Positions 27,392 through 38,243 are shown, counted from the stretch's first letter. The stretch: 64,000 nt of DNA from an uncultured Actinomycetes bacterium (GCA_963829475.1 CAWHIU010000001.1:87068-151067); one strand, 5' to 3'. Numbers and translations: made by a program. The notes: generated from the sequence alone by a model not told the origin.

Positions 27392-28060
27392 TCATTCGGG
27401 GTTCTGGCTGACGCGCGCCTCGATCGCAGCCGCGAGACGCGACGCCACTTCGTCGCCGGTACCGACACCATCGACCACGACGAGGCGCCGCTGGCGCCGG
27501 TAGTGCTGGACGATCGGCAACATCTCGCGCTCGTAGAGCTCGAGGCGCCGTTCGATCGCGGCTTCGGTGTCGTCCTCGCGCTGGATGACATGACCCCCGC
27601 ACTCGTCGCACGTCCAGTTGGTCGTGGGCGGGTGGTCGACGTGGTACACGGTGCCGCAGTCTTCGCACACCCGCCGACCCGCGAGGCGCGCCAACGCGAT
27701 CTCGGTGGGGACGTCGAGGGTGGCCACGAGGTCGAGGGGCTGGCCGTCGAGCACCCGGTCGAGCTCGACCGCCTGGAACTCGGTGCGGGGAAACCCGTCG
27801 AGCACGAACCCACGGTCGAACACCCCGCGGGCGAACTGCTCCTCGACCACCCCGACCACGACGTTGTCGGGGACGAGCTCGCCCCGGTTCATGTAGCTCT
27901 CGGCTTCGAGGCCGGCAGGGGTTCCCTCCTTGGCCTCCGCGCGGAAGAGATCCCCGGTGGAGAAGTGGGGAACGCGGCGGTGGTCGGCAAGGCGCGAGGC
28001 CTGCGTTCCCTTGCCGGCACCCTGCTTTCCCAGCAGGACGAGACGGGGTCCTCGTTTCAT
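27392..28060 (-). CDS. adk: adenylate kinase (zinc-lid type)
   Basis: P-loop LLGKQGAGKGTQ and lid CEDCGTVYH...CDECGG. Confidence 0.95.
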   Translation of the reverse strand: MKRGPRLVLLGKQGAGKGTQASRLADHRRVPHFSTGDLFRAEAKEGTPAGLEAESYMNRGELVPDNVVVGVVEEQFARGVFDRGFVLDGFPRTEFQAVELDRVLDGQPLDLVATLDVPTEIALARLAGRRVCEDCGTVYHVDHPPTTNWTCDECGGHVIQREDDTEAAIERRLELYEREMLPIVQHYRRQRRLVVVDGVGTGDEVASRLAAAIEARVSQNPE

Positions 28061-28073
28061 TGCCGCACCGCGC

Positions 28074-29375
28074 CTACGCGAGGAAGCCTTCGTAGTTGCG
28101 CATCATCAGCTGGCTGTCGATCTGCTTCATCGTCTCCAGCGCGACACCCACGGTGATCAGCAACGCGGTCCCGCCGAACGGGAACTGGCTGATGTTCCAG
28201 AACGCGAACACGAGCAAGGGGGTGATCGCGATCACCGCGAGGAAGAGCGCGCCCGGCAGCGTGATGCGGTTCAAGACCTTGGCGAGGTACTTCTCGGTGG
28301 GCGGGCCCGGCCGGATGCCGGGGATGAACCCGCCCTGCTTGCGGATGATGTCGGCCTGCTGCGCGGGGTTGAACGCGATGGCTGTGTAGAAGTAGGCGAA
28401 GAAGATGATCAGCAGCGTTTCCATGCCGATGTAGAAGAAGCTCTGGCGGGCGACGAGGTTGTCGTTGACGAACGTCTGGAAACCCTTCCAGGGCGTCGCG
28501 CTCGCGATGAGGGCCGGGAACGACAGGATCGACGTCGCGAAGATCACCGGGATCACACCCGACTGGTTGACCTTCAGCGGGATGTAGGTGCTCTGCCCGC
28601 CGTACATCCGCCGACCGACGACGCGTTTGGCGAACTGCACGGGGATCCGCCGCTGCCCCGACTCCACGAACACGATGCCGACGATCATCGCGATCCCGAT
28701 GGCGATGATCGTGAAGAACTGGAACTTGCTGCCCTCGGTGTAGACGGCCGAACCCTGCGCGGGGAGCCGTGACACGACCGACGCGAAGATCAGGATCGAC
28801 ATCCCGTTGCCGATGCCGCGCTGGGTGATGAGCTCGGCGAGCCACATCACCATCGCGGTGCCGGCGGTCCAGATGAGGATGATCAGCATGGCCCGCGGGG
28901 CGTCGAAGCCGGGGATGAGGTCCTTGCCCTGGAACCCCGCCGAACCGAGCAGGCCACCCTTGCCCTCGTGGAGCGCGAACACGAAGCCGGTCGACTGGAC
29001 GAGCGCGAGGCCGACGGTGAGGTACCGCGTCCACTGGGTGATCTTCTTCTGCCCCGACTGACCTTCCTGCTGCCACTGCTCGAGCTTCGGGATCACCACG
29101 CCGAGGAGCTGCATGATGATCGATGCCGTGATGTACGGCATGATCCCGAGGAAGAAGATCGCGACACTGGTGATCGCTCCGCCGGAGAACAGGTCGAGGA
29201 ACCCGACCACGCCGTTGCTGTCGGCGCTGTGCTGCAGTTCCTTGATGGCCGCGAAGTCGACATAGGGGACCGGGATGTGCGTCCCGATCCGGTACACGAA
29301 GATGATCGCGATCGTGAAGAGGATCTTGTTGCGCAGGTCGGGCACCCGGAACATGTTCCGCAGGCGGGACAGCAT
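28074..29375 (-). CDS. secY: preprotein translocase subunit SecY
   Basis: 433 aa with multiple TM segments. Typical sequences include LGIMPYITASIIMQLL, a GEL-type segment WLAELITQRGIGNGMSILIF and a C-terminal MMRNYEGFL. Confidence 0.95.
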   Translation of the reverse strand: MLSRLRNMFRVPDLRNKILFTIAIIFVYRIGTHIPVPYVDFAAIKELQHSADSNGVVGFLDLFSGGAITSVAIFFLGIMPYITASIIMQLLGVVIPKLEQWQQEGQSGQKKITQWTRYLTVGLALVQSTGFVFALHEGKGGLLGSAGFQGKDLIPGFDAPRAMLIILIWTAGTAMVMWLAELITQRGIGNGMSILIFASVVSRLPAQGSAVYTEGSKFQFFTIIAIGIAMIVGIVFVESGQRRIPVQFAKRVVGRRMYGGQSTYIPLKVNQSGVIPVIFATSILSFPALIASATPWKGFQTFVNDNLVARQSFFYIGMETLLIIFFAYFYTAIAFNPAQQADIIRKQGGFIPGIRPGPPTEKYLAKVLNRITLPGALFLAVIAITPLLVFAFWNISQFPFGGTALLITVGVALETMKQIDSQLMMRNYEGFLA

Positions 29376-29427
29376 GGGGTGCAGACCTCCTCAGTGGTAG
29401 CGGCCGGACGGGGCGGGACCCGAGAGC

Positions 29428-29919
29428 CTACCGGTTGGTGAGCGCGTTGCCCTTGGCGGGAGGCCGACGGCCACCGAACGGCGCCGGCAGGGTCTCTGCC
29501 GTACCCCCGGCGACCACGATCGCGGCCTGGGCCGACGCCGAGAATGCGTGGGCGTGGACCGTCAGCGACTTGGTGAGCTCACCCCGGCCGAGGACCTTCA
29601 CGAAGCCGTGCTTGTGGACCAGGCCGGCAGCTCGGAGGGTCTCGAGATCGACGACGGTTCCGGCGTCGAACTGGTCGAGAGCATCGAGGTTGATCGCCTG
29701 GTACTCGATCCGGAACGGGTTGTTGAAGCCCTTGGCCTTCGGGGTGCGGCGGTGGATCGGGGTCTGACCACCCTCGAACCCGACCGGAACCGTCCCGCGT
29801 GCGTGCTGGCCCTTGTGGCCGCGGCCGGCGGTCTTGCCGCCCTTGCCACCGATGCCGCGCGCGACGCGCTTGCGCTTGGTGTTCGAGCCCTTGGCCGGCT
29901 TCAGATCGTGGATGTGCAT
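29428..29919 (-). CDS. rplO: 50S ribosomal protein L15
   Basis: MHIHDLKPAKGSNTKRKRVARGIGGKGGKTAGRGHKGQ... Confidence 0.95.
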   Translation of the reverse strand: MHIHDLKPAKGSNTKRKRVARGIGGKGGKTAGRGHKGQHARGTVPVGFEGGQTPIHRRTPKAKGFNNPFRIEYQAINLDALDQFDAGTVVDLETLRAAGLVHKHGFVKVLGRGELTKSLTVHAHAFSASAQAAIVVAGGTAETLPAPFGGRRPPAKGNALTNR

Positions 29920-30015
29920 GTCGCTCCTTGATGGTCGAATCCGCTGCGCCGGCTCGATCGCCCGCTGGCTGAACTTCCCGCGGTGGCGTGTCCGCCGGCT
30001 CCGCTGCTTCTCCTA
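29920..30015 (-). repeat. intergenic repeat family, locus A (1 unit, 96 nt) filling the whole rpmD-rplO spacer
   Basis: The sense strand reads CTAGGAGAAGCAGCGGAGCCGGCGGACAC...GCGATCGAGCCGGCGCAGCGGATTCGACCATCAAGGAGcgacATG. It starts on the rpmD TAG and its 3' end forms the rplO Shine-Dalgarno. Confidence 0.85.
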
Positions 30016-30195
30016 GACCTCTTCCACACGTACGAGGTGCGGGACCTTGGCGAGCATCCCGCGGATCTCGGGCTTGTCGGCGTGCTCGACCGTGTGGTCG
30101 ATGCGCCGGAGGCCGAGCGCACGCAACGTGCCGCGCTGCTTCGGCTTGATCCCGATCTTGGAACGAACTTGCGTCACGCGCAGGGTGGTCGCCAT
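30013..30195 (-). CDS. rpmD: 50S ribosomal protein L30
   Basis: [63 protein letters not shown] 30195 shares one nt with the rpsE TGA. Confidence 0.9.
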   Translation of the reverse strand: MATTLRVTQVRSKIGIKPKQRGTLRALGLRRIDHTVEHADKPEIRGMLAKVPHLVRVEEV

Positions 30196-30743
30196 CACTT
30201 GACCTCGGTCATCTCGACCTTGCCCTTCTGGCGCTCGCGGTACGCGCGGAGCATCCCGCCGGTCGCGACTTCCTCGGGCGACTTCCCGCGGATCCGGGCC
30301 ACTTCGTCGGGTCGACGCAGCGAGCGCAGTCCTTGGATGGTCGCGCGCGAGACGTTGATGGCGTTCGACGAACCGAGCGACTTCGCGAGGACGTCGCCGA
30401 TGCCGGCCGCTTCGAGGATCGCACGCGCCGCCCCACCGGCGATGACCCCGGTACCGGGCGCAGCGGGCTTGAGCAACACCCGCGCCGCGTCGTGCTCACC
30501 GATGATCGTGTGGGTGATCGTCGAGCCGGCCAGCGGCACCGCGAAGGTGTTCTTCTTCGCCTCTTCCATGCCCTTCTGGATCGCGGCCGGGACTTCCTTG
30601 GCCTTGCCGTAGCCGAGGCCGACGTTCCCCGAGCCGTCGCCGACGACGACGAGCGCGGTGAAGGAGAACCGCCGACCGCCCTTGACGACCTTGGCGACCC
30701 GGTTGATCGCGATCACTCGCTCTTCGTACTGACCCTCAGCCAT
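30195..30743 (-). CDS. rpsE: 30S ribosomal protein S5
   Basis: ...[50 protein letters not shown]... Confidence 0.95.
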   Translation of the reverse strand: MAEGQYEERVIAINRVAKVVKGGRRFSFTALVVVGDGSGNVGLGYGKAKEVPAAIQKGMEEAKKNTFAVPLAGSTITHTIIGEHDAARVLLKPAAPGTGVIAGGAARAILEAAGIGDVLAKSLGSSNAINVSRATIQGLRSLRRPDEVARIRGKSPEEVATGGMLRAYRERQKGKVEMTEVK

Positions 30744-30766
30744 CTTCTCTGCTTCCCTCTTGTCTC

Positions 30767-31123
30767 TCAGAACTCGAGACCGGCTTCGCGGGCGCCATCG
30801 GCGACCCCTGCGACCCGACCGTGGTACCGGAACCCGCCGCGGTCGAACACGACCGTGCTCACACCGGCGGCCTTGGCTCGTTCTCCGACCAGCTTGCCGA
30901 TCGCCTTCGCGGCGTCGACCGTGGCGGTCGGGTCGGTGCGCCGATCGGATTCCATCGTCGACGCGGATGCGAGGGTCCGACCCTGCACGTCGTCGATGAC
31001 CTGCGCGTAGATGTGCTTGTTCGACCGGAACACGGCGAGGCGCGGCTTCGAGGCGGTGCCTCTGACCTTCTTGCGCACCCGGCGGTGCCGGCGCAGTCGA
31101 TGTTCGTGCGTGCTGATGCTCAT
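30767..31123 (-). CDS. rplR: 50S ribosomal protein L18
   Basis: [45 protein letters not shown]...[27 protein letters not shown]. Confidence 0.9.
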   Translation of the reverse strand: MSISTHEHRLRRHRRVRKKVRGTASKPRLAVFRSNKHIYAQVIDDVQGRTLASASTMESDRRTDPTATVDAAKAIGKLVGERAKAAGVSTVVFDRGGFRYHGRVAGVADGAREAGLEF

Positions 31124-31133
31124 GCGATCCTCG

Positions 31134-31673
31134 CTACTTCGCCGACTTGCCGGCCTTGCGCAGCACCCGCTCATCGGAATAGCGGATGCCCTTGCCCTTG
31201 TACGGCTCGGGCTTCCGGACCTTGCGGATGTTCGCGGCAACCTGGCCGACCAGCTGCTTGTCGGCGCCGCGCACGATGATGCGGTTGGGGGCGGGTACCT
31301 CGAGGGTGATGCCCTCGGGGGCATCCACCGGAACCGAGTGGGAGAACCCGACCTGCAGCTCGAGCTTCGACGGACCCTGCGCCGTGGCGCGGTAGCCGAC
31401 GCCGACGATCTCGAGCTCGCGCACGAAACCCTCCGACACGCCGACCACCATGTTGTTCACGAGCGAACGGGTGAGGCCGTGGAGCGCGCGGTGGCGTCGT
31501 TCGTCGTCGGGCCGGGTGATGACGAGCTGGTCACCCTCGGTCGCGATCGCGATCTCGCCCGGCGCGTCGAGCTCGAGGGTCCCCTTCGGGCCCTTCACGG
31601 CCACGTGCTGACCGGAGATCGAGACCTCGACCCCCGACGGGATGGTGATGGGTTGCTTGCCGATTCGAGACAT
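31134..31673 (-). CDS. rplF: 50S ribosomal protein L6
   Basis: [34 protein letters not shown]... Confidence 0.95.
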   Translation of the reverse strand: MSRIGKQPITIPSGVEVSISGQHVAVKGPKGTLELDAPGEIAIATEGDQLVITRPDDERRHRALHGLTRSLVNNMVVGVSEGFVRELEIVGVGYRATAQGPSKLELQVGFSHSVPVDAPEGITLEVPAPNRIIVRGADKQLVGQVAANIRKVRKPEPYKGKGIRYSDERVLRKAGKSAK

Positions 31674-31676
31674 GCG

Positions 31677-32075
31677 CTACCAGACGTGACAGAGGATCTC
31701 GCCGCCCACGCGGCGCCGGCGCGCCTCGCGGTCGGTCATGAGCCCGTGGTTGGTCGACAGGACTGCGATGCCCATGCCACCGAGGACGCGGGGAACCCCG
31801 GCCGACTTGGTGTACACGCGCAGGCCCGGCTTGGAGACGCGCTTGATGCCGGAGATGGTGCGCTTGCGTTCGGGCGTGTACTTCAACGTGATGGTCAGCT
31901 TCTGACCCGGACGGGTTGCGTCGTCCTCCACCTTGAAGCCCTCGATGTAACCCTCCTGGAGGAGGATCCCCGCGAGCGCGCCCTTCAACTTCGAAGCAGG
32001 CATGATGACCTCGTCGTGGAACGCGGTGTTCGCGTTCCGCAGACGGGTGAGCATGTCGGCGATCGGGTCGGTCAT
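31677..32075 (-). CDS. rpsH: 30S ribosomal protein S8
   Basis: [31 protein letters not shown]... Confidence 0.95.
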   Translation of the reverse strand: MTDPIADMLTRLRNANTAFHDEVIMPASKLKGALAGILLQEGYIEGFKVEDDATRPGQKLTITLKYTPERKRTISGIKRVSKPGLRVYTKSAGVPRVLGGMGIAVLSTNHGLMTDREARRRRVGGEILCHVW

Positions 32076-32094
32076 CGTCACTGTCGCGTCCCCC

Positions 32095-32280
32095 TCACCA
32101 GGAAGCCTTGGTGATGCCCGGAACCTCGCCCGCATGGGCGAGCTCGCGCAGGCAGATCCGGCACAGACCGAAGCGCCGGTACACCGAGCGAGCGCGGCCG
32201 CACTTGCGGCAGCGCGTGTAGCCCCGAACCTTGAACTTCGGCTCGGCCTGTTGCTTGTTGACGAGTGCTTTCTTGGCCAT
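32095..32280 (-). CDS. rpsN: 30S ribosomal protein S14 type Z (zinc-binding, 61 aa)
   Basis: [61 protein letters not shown]. Confidence 0.95.
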   Translation of the reverse strand: MAKKALVNKQQAEPKFKVRGYTRCRKCGRARSVYRRFGLCRICLRELAHAGEVPGITKASW

Positions 32281-32282
32281 CC

Positions 32283-32858
32283 CTACCCCTGAGCCTGGTC
32301 GCGGCGAAACGGGAACCCGAGGGCCCGCAGAAGCGCGCGACCCTCGTCGTCGGTGACGGCGGAGGAGACGATGGTGATGTCCATCCCGCGCACCTGGTCG
32401 ATCTTGTCGTAGTCGATCTCCGGGAAGATCAACTGCTCGGTGACCCCGAACGTGTAGTTGCCGTGGCCGTCGAACGACTTGGGGTTGAGCCCCCGGAAGT
32501 CGCGGATGCGCGGGATCGCCAAGCTGACGAGCCGGTCGTAGAACTCCCACATGCGCGCACCGCGCAGGGTGACCTTGGCGCCGATCGCGTTGCCCTCGCG
32601 GAGCTTGAACGTTGCGATCGACTTCTTGGCTCGGGTCACGAGCGGCTTCTGACCGGTGATGATCGTGAGGTCGGTGACCGCGCCGTCGAGCAGTGATGCC
32701 TGCTGTGTGGCCCGACCGACTCCCATGTTCACCACGATCTTCTCGAGCCGGGGTACCTCGAGCACGTTCCCCTTGCCGAGCTCCTCCTGGAGCTGCGGGC
32801 GGAGCTCGGTGAGGTACTTCTCCTTGAGACGCGGGCCGGACGCCGTCGTGGTCGCCAT
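32283..32858 (-). CDS. rplE: 50S ribosomal protein L5
   Basis: ...[40 protein letters not shown]... Confidence 0.95.
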   Translation of the reverse strand: MATTTASGPRLKEKYLTELRPQLQEELGKGNVLEVPRLEKIVVNMGVGRATQQASLLDGAVTDLTIITGQKPLVTRAKKSIATFKLREGNAIGAKVTLRGARMWEFYDRLVSLAIPRIRDFRGLNPKSFDGHGNYTFGVTEQLIFPEIDYDKIDQVRGMDITIVSSAVTDDEGRALLRALGFPFRRDQAQG

Positions 32859-33169
32859 CACAGGTCCTTCCCCGTCTTGCGGCAGATGCGGACCTTCTTG
32901 CCGTCGGCGTCGATGCGGTACCCGATGCGCGTCGGTCCGCTCGGACCGAGGATCGCGACGTTCGAGACGTGGATCGGCATCTCCTTGTCGATGATGCCGG
33001 CCTGCATGGTCGCGCTGGTCGCCCGTTGGTGCTTCTTGACCACGTTGACGAGCTGCGGGCTGGTCACGATGACGCGGCTGCGGTCGGTGAGCACCGCGGT
33101 GACCTCACCTTCCTTGCCCTTGTCCTTGCCGGACAGGACCCGCACCCGGTCGCCCTTCTTGATCTTCAT
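32858..33169 (-). CDS. rplX: 50S ribosomal protein L24
   Basis: [26 protein letters not shown]... Confidence 0.95.
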   Translation of the reverse strand: MKIKKGDRVRVLSGKDKGKEGEVTAVLTDRSRVIVTSPQLVNVVKKHQRATSATMQAGIIDKEMPIHVSNVAILGPSGPTRIGYRIDADGKKVRICRKTGKDL

Positions 33170-33538
33170 CTAGAGCACCTCCGGGGCGAGCGAGACGATC
33201 CGCATGAACTTGCGGTCGCGCAGCTCCCGGCCCACCGGGCCGAAGATGCGCGTGCCGCGCGGCTGGAACTGGTCGTTGATCAGCACGGCCGCGTTCTCGT
33301 CGAAGCGGATGTAGCTACCGTCGGCACGACGGCGCTCCTTCTTCGTCCGCACGACGACGCACTTCACGACCTCGCCCTTCTTCACCGCGGCACCGGGAAC
33401 GGCGTCTTTCACCGTGGCGACGAAGATGTCGCCGATCCCGGCGTAGCGGCGGCGAGTGCCACCGAGCACCTTGATGCACAGCACCTCGCGGGCACCCGAG
33501 TTGTCGGCCACCTTGAGGCGGCTCTCCTGCTGGATCAC
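33170..33538 (-). CDS. rplN: 50S ribosomal protein L14
   Basis: (V)[26 protein letters not shown]... GTG 33538 overlaps the rpsQ TGA as GTGA. Confidence 0.95.
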   Translation of the reverse strand: MIQQESRLKVADNSGAREVLCIKVLGGTRRRYAGIGDIFVATVKDAVPGAAVKKGEVVKCVVVRTKKERRRADGSYIRFDENAAVLINDQFQPRGTRIFGPVGRELRDRKFMRIVSLAPEVL

Positions 33539-33834
33539 CGGGCACGCTCCAGCACTTCCACGACGCGCCACCGCTTCTGACGCGACATCGGGCGGGTCTC
33601 GGCGATCCGAACGCGGTCACCCTCGCGGATCTCGTTCTGCTCGTCGTGCGCGTAGAACCGCCGCGTGCGCTGCATCGTCTTCTGGTACCGACGGTGGCGC
33701 ACCCGGTCGACCACCGCGACGACGACGGTCTTGTCCATCTTGGTGGAGACGACGAGACCCTCCCGCACCTTGCGCGGGTTGGGTCGGGCGTCGGCGCCCA
33801 CATCCGTCTGGTTGGTCTCGGTCTCGTCGCTCAT
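33535..33834 (-). CDS. rpsQ: 30S ribosomal protein S17
   Basis: ...[45 protein letters not shown]... Confidence 0.95.
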   Translation of the reverse strand: MSDETETNQTDVGADARPNPRKVREGLVVSTKMDKTVVVAVVDRVRHRRYQKTMQRTRRFYAHDEQNEIREGDRVRIAETRPMSRQKRWRVVEVLERAR

Positions 33835-34049
33835 GCGTTGCTTCCTTCTGCGGCCTGGATCTCGCGCTCACGCAGGAGCGTCTGCAGGCGGGCGATGTTC
33901 CGCTGGACGTCGCCGAGGCGGGCGGTGTTGTCGAGCTGACCGGTGGCGTGCTGGAAGCGGAGGTTGAAGTGCTCCTCCTTGGCTTCGAGCAGGCGCTGGA
34001 TCAGCTCGCCGTCGTTGAGCTCGCGGAGCTCACTGGTGGGGTTCGGCAT
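33831..34049 (-). CDS. rpmC: 50S ribosomal protein L29
   Basis: ...[57 protein letters not shown]. Confidence 0.9.
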   Translation of the reverse strand: MPNPTSELRELNDGELIQRLLEAKEEHFNLRFQHATGQLDNTARLGDVQRNIARLQTLLREREIQAAEGSNA

Positions 34050-34052
34050 GAT

Positions 34053-34469
34053 CTACGCCTCCTCGGTCCGGAGGACGAAGCGGGACTTGATCGGGAGCTT
34101 GTGCATCGCGAGTCGCATCGCTTCTCGCGCGGTCTGCTCGGGAACGCCCGACAGCTCGAACATGACCCGGCCGGGCTTGACCACGGCGACCCAGTGCTCC
34201 GGGTTGCCCTTGCCCGAGCCCATGCGCGTCTCCGCGGGCTTCTGGGTCACGGGCTTGTCGGGGAACACGGTGATCCAGACCTTGCCGCCACGCTTGATGT
34301 AGCGCGTCATCGCGATACGGGCCGCTTCGATCTGGCGGTTCGTGATCCAACCCGGCTCGAGGGCCTGGATCCCGTAGTCGCCGAACGTCACGCGCGTGCC
34401 GCCCTTGGCAACACCGCTCATGCGTCCTCGTTGCACCTTGCGGTGCTTCACCTTCTTCGGCATCAACAT
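34053..34469 (-). CDS. rplP: 50S ribosomal protein L16
   Basis: [38 protein letters not shown]... Confidence 0.95.
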   Translation of the reverse strand: MLMPKKVKHRKVQRGRMSGVAKGGTRVTFGDYGIQALEPGWITNRQIEAARIAMTRYIKRGGKVWITVFPDKPVTQKPAETRMGSGKGNPEHWVAVVKPGRVMFELSGVPEQTAREAMRLAMHKLPIKSRFVLRTEEA

Positions 34470-34479
34470 CGCAGCAGCC

Positions 34480-35406
34480 TCAGTCTTCTTCGCCGCCGTG
34501 GAACTTCGGCGCTTCGTGGTGCTCGCGGGTACGACGCTCGATCTCTTCTTCCTCGGCGAGCAGTCGCTCGAGCTCGGGATCGGCTTCCTTGACGAGGTCG
34601 GTGGCCTCGACGGGTGCTTCGTCGCCCACCGTCGACGGGTCGACCTCGACCGACTCCTGGGCCGGACGACGGCGACCGCCACCCGCGCGCACGACCCGAC
34701 CGGGCTGGTTGCCCGCGGTGTCGCCGACCGCCATCGCGGCTTCCTTGGCGATCTTGTCCTCGGCGGCGGCCTTGTAGGGGAGGATGTCGCCCTTGTAGAT
34801 CCAGACCTTCACGCCGATGCGACCGAACGTGGTCTTCGCCTCGGCCTGGCCGTAGTCGATGTCGGCGCGGAGGGTGTGCAGCGGGACGCGACCCTCGCGG
34901 TACCACTCCTTGCGGCTCATCTCGGCGCCGCCGAGGCGACCGCCGCACTGAACCCGGATGCCCTGGGCACCGGCCTTCATCGCGGTCTGCACCGCGCGCT
35001 TCATCGCCCGACGGAAGCTGACCCGGCCGGCGAGCTGATCGGCAACACCCTGCGCGATGAGCATCGCGTCGAGCTCGGGCTGCTTGATCTCCTGGATGTT
35101 GAAGTGGATCTTCGGGTTGCCCGTGATCTTGAGCAGCCCGGCGCGGAGGCGGTCGGCCTCCGCACCACGACGCCCGATGACGATGCCGGGGCGCGCGGTG
35201 TAGACGTCGACCCGGAGGCGGTCACGCGTGCGCTCGATCTCGACGCGACTCACCGCGGCCCGCTCGAGCTGGCTCTTCAGGTAGTCGCGGATCTTCCAGT
35301 CTTCGATCAGCTGCTCGGTGTACTCGCCGTGCTCGGCGAACCACCGCGACTTCCAATCGGTGGTGACCCCGAGCCGGAACCCGTACGGGTTGACCTTCTG
35401 TCCCAT
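34480..35406 (-). CDS. rpsC: 30S ribosomal protein S3 with a long C-terminal extension
   Basis: [24 protein letters not shown]... The S3 core is followed by about 90 extra residues ending ...[24 protein letters not shown]. Confidence 0.95.
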   Translation of the reverse strand: MGQKVNPYGFRLGVTTDWKSRWFAEHGEYTEQLIEDWKIRDYLKSQLERAAVSRVEIERTRDRLRVDVYTARPGIVIGRRGAEADRLRAGLLKITGNPKIHFNIQEIKQPELDAMLIAQGVADQLAGRVSFRRAMKRAVQTAMKAGAQGIRVQCGGRLGGAEMSRKEWYREGRVPLHTLRADIDYGQAEAKTTFGRIGVKVWIYKGDILPYKAAAEDKIAKEAAMAVGDTAGNQPGRVVRAGGGRRRPAQESVEVDPSTVGDEAPVEATDLVKEADPELERLLAEEEEIERRTREHHEAPKFHGGEED

Positions 35407-36085
35407 TTACTTCGTCTCTTCTTCGTCGTCGGCGTCGTTCGTGGTGGCGTCGTTCGTGGTGACGTCGTTCGTGGTGGTGTCGGCCTCTACGGCTTCCGGT
35501 GCTGCGTCGGCGACGGCCGTGGTCGCGATCGCGTCGTCGGACGGGGCCTCGTGGTCGTGCTCGTGATCGTGGCCCTCGTGATCGTGATCGTGGTCATGGT
35601 CCTCGACCGGCGCGCTCGCCTTGACCCGGCGGCGGCGCGACGCACGGCGGCGTGCCTCTGCGGTTCCGCCCGCGCTCGTCTTCACGACGGCGACGGAGCT
35701 CGAGCTGCTCGTCGGTGTAGCGGGCGACGACGATCGTCACGTGGCTGGTGCGCTTGCGGATCGTCACACCACGACCGCGGGCACGCGGACGCATCCGCTT
35801 CTGCGTGGGGCCTTCGTCGGCCCAGGCGCGCACCACGTAGAGCTCGTCGGGCGGCAGGTTGTTGTTGTGCTCGGCGTTCGCCACTGCGGAGTCGAGCAGC
35901 TTGCGCACCGGCTCGGCCGGGCCGCGCTCGCAGAACCGGAGACGGTCGCGAGCCTCGTCGACGTCGATGCCGCGGATCAGACCGAGCACCTGACGGACCT
36001 TCGTGGGCGACACGTGGGAGTAGCGCAGAACGGCCCGGGTCTCGGGGTACACGGGCGCGGCGGGCGAGCTCGTCGGGGCCGGCAT
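35407..36085 (-). pseudogene. rplV: 50S ribosomal protein L22 plus a His/Asp-rich acidic C-terminal tail; the two parts are in different frames as sequenced (break near 35690)
   Basis: The L22 core is ...RYSHVSPTKVRQVLGLIRGIDVDEARDRLRF...RKRTSHVTIVVAR. The coding-looking frame after it reads KTSAGGTAEARRRASRRRRVKASAPVEDHDHDHDHEGHDHEHDHE...TTTNDVTTNDATTNDADDEEETK. It ends at TAA 35407-35409, directly abutting the rpsC ATG. Confidence 0.6.
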
Positions 36086-36087
36086 CG

Positions 36088-36366
36088 TCAGCGCCTCCCC
36101 GAGCGCTCTTGGCCGGCGTGGTACCGGAAGACGCGGGTGGGCGCGAACTCTCCGAGCTTGTGACCGACCATCGATTCCGAGATGTACACGGGCACGTGCT
36201 TGCGGCCGTCGTGCACGGCGATGGTGTGCCCGACCATGTCGGGGATGATCGTCGAACGGCGCGACCAGGTCTTGATGACCTTGCGGTCACCCGCTTCGTT
36301 CATGCGGTCGACCTTCACCTGCAGGTGATCGTCGACGAACGGACCCTTCTTCAAGCTGCGCGGCAT
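36088..36366 (-). CDS. rpsS: 30S ribosomal protein S19
   Basis: [62 protein letters not shown]... Confidence 0.95.
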   Translation of the reverse strand: MPRSLKKGPFVDDHLQVKVDRMNEAGDRKVIKTWSRRSTIIPDMVGHTIAVHDGRKHVPVYISESMVGHKLGEFAPTRVFRYHAGQERSGRR

Positions 36367-36368
36367 GA

Positions 36369-37206
36369 CTACCTCCGTGACCCGCGGCCACGACGGCGAC
36401 GGACGATCTGCTTGTCGGATGCCTTGCCCTTCTTGCGGGTGCGCCCCTCGGGCTTGCCCCAGGGCGAGACCGGGTGGCGTCCACCCGAGCTCTTGCCCTC
36501 GCCTCCACCCAGCGGGTGGTCGACCGGGTTCATGGCGACACCACGGACCTTCGGGCGCTTGCCCCGCCACCGGTTGCGACCGGCCTTGCCCCACGAGATC
36601 GAGCGCGGCCTCGGCGTTGCCGACCGCACCCACCGTGGCCCGGCAGTCGATCGGCACGCGGCGCATCTCGGTGGAGGGGAGACGCAGCGTCGCGTAGAGA
36701 CCTTCCTTGGCGACGAGCTGGATCGAGGATCCGGCCCCGCGGGCCATCTTGCCCCCGGCACCCGGCTTGAGCTCGACGTTGTGCACCACCGTGCCGACGG
36801 GGATGTAGCGCAACGGGAGCGCGTTGCCGGCGCGGATCTCGGCGCCTTGGCCGCTCTGCAACTGGTCGCCGACCTTCACGAGGGCGGGGGCGAGGATGTA
36901 GCGCTTCTCGCCGTCGACGTAGTGCAGCAGCGCGATGCGCGCGTTGCGGTTGGGGTCGTACTCGATCGCGGCGACGGTGGCCGGGACGCCGTCCTTGTCG
37001 CGCCGGAAGTCGACCACGCGGTACTTCTGCTTGTGGCCACCGCCACGGTGACGCGCCGTCATCCGCCCGTAGGCGTTGCGACCGCCGGTGCGCGGCTTGG
37101 GCTCGAGCAGTGAGCGCTCGGGCGTCGACTTGGTGATCTCCGCGAAGTCGGACGCGCTCTGGAAGCGGCGACCGGGGCTCGTGGGTTTGCGCTTGCGGAC
37201 CGGCAT
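36369..37206 (-). pseudogene. rplB: 50S ribosomal protein L2, one frame break near 36605 as sequenced (probably a sequence error)
   Basis: [21 protein letters not shown]...[10 protein letters not shown] continues in another frame as [48 protein letters not shown]... Confidence 0.9.
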
Positions 37207-37208
37207 CG

Positions 37209-37505
37209 TCAGCTCCCGAAGATTTCGATGTGGTCACCTTCGGCGAGCGAGACGATCGCCCGCTTCTGGTCGGCGCGCTTGCCCCAGGTGCCGGTGCGGC
37301 GGTTGCGCTTGCGCTTGCCGTGACGGTTGAGCGTGTTCACGTTCGTGACCTTCACGTTGAAGATGGTCTCGACCGCGTGCTTGATCTCGATCTTGTTCGC
37401 GTCGCTCGTGACGAGGAACGTGTAGACGTTCGCGTCGTAGTTCGCGTACGACTTCTCCGACACCACCGGCTTGATGAGGATGTCGCGGGGGTCACGGATG
37501 ATCAT
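37209..37505 (-). CDS. rplW: 50S ribosomal protein L23
   Basis: [53 protein letters not shown]... Confidence 0.95.
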   Translation of the reverse strand: MIIRDPRDILIKPVVSEKSYANYDANVYTFLVTSDANKIEIKHAVETIFNVKVTNVNTLNRHGKRKRNRRTGTWGKRADQKRAIVSLAEGDHIEIFGS

Positions 37506-38194
37506 GCCGTCACCTCAGCGTCGTTGATGGAGGCGTCGTCGTTCGAGGACGAAGGCGAGAAGCGGGCGTTCAGCGTCGCGAGTGTCGACGAGCTGAAGAC
37601 GAGCCAGTCGTTGACGAGGATGTCGTAGGTGTTGAGCTCCTCGGGCAGCACGATCTGGACCCACTTGCCGAGGTTGCGGAAGCTCTTCCAGGCGCCTTCC
37701 TCGTTGCGGTCGAGCACGATGAGCAGGCGATCTTCACGCTCACCCTTGGTGCGCAGACCCAACGCGTGCAGCGCGGCGAGCGCGTCCTTGGTGCGAGGAG
37801 TCTCGAGGCCCCAGTCGTCGATCACGACGACCTTGCTCTCCGACGCCCGATCGGAGAGGGCGGAGCGGAGCGCGAGGCGGATCATCTTCTTCGGGGTGCG
37901 TTGGCGATAGTCACGCGGCTTCGGGCCGTGCGCGATGCCGCCACCACGCCAGTGGGGCGCCCGGATCGATCCCTGGCGGGCGTGACCGGTGCCCTTCTGG
38001 CGCCACGGCTTCGCACCACCACCCGACACCTCGGCGCGGGTCTTGGTGCTGTGCGTGCCGGACCGCGCGTTGGCGAGCTGCGCAGTGACGACCTGGTGCA
38101 TCACCGCGACGTTCGGCTCGATGCCGAACACGTCGTCGGCGAGGTCGGCCTGACCTGCATCGGCGCCAGCAGCGGTCTTCAGTACTGCCTTCAT
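37502..38194 (-). CDS. rplD: 50S ribosomal protein L4
   Basis: ...[45 protein letters not shown]... Confidence 0.95.
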   Translation of the reverse strand: MKAVLKTAAGADAGQADLADDVFGIEPNVAVMHQVVTAQLANARSGTHSTKTRAEVSGGGAKPWRQKGTGHARQGSIRAPHWRGGGIAHGPKPRDYRQRTPKKMIRLALRSALSDRASESKVVVIDDWGLETPRTKDALAALHALGLRTKGEREDRLLIVLDRNEEGAWKSFRNLGKWVQIVLPEELNTYDILVNDWLVFSSSTLATLNARFSPSSSNDDASINDAEVTA

Positions 38195-38243
38195 GCGGCT
38201 CCGCCTCGCTCGATGGACCGCCCGCTCGGTTCCGCCTGGCCCT

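Noticed and set aside
29920-30015. TAG read-through or coding function for the repeat units. The frame after the rpmD TAG is open for 31 codons and runs in frame into the rplO ATG. The locus C units have 28 sense codons between in-frame TAGs.
   Set aside because: The conserved 3' box is read in different phases relative to the TAG at different loci. RAIEPAQRIRP is in the TAG frame at locus A but in the +1 frame at locus C, so no conserved peptide results. Open frames are expected by chance at this GC content, and many ordinary genes here end in TAG.
35407-35685. An independent 92-aa acidic His-rich gene starting at GTG 35685.
   Set aside because: This is not fully excluded, but it would overlap the L22 3' end by about 90 nt and has no SD. 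The basic stretch at its beginning looks like a continuation of the L22 tail, and this record has many 1-nt frame errors. I therefore favour a frame-shifted L22 extension.
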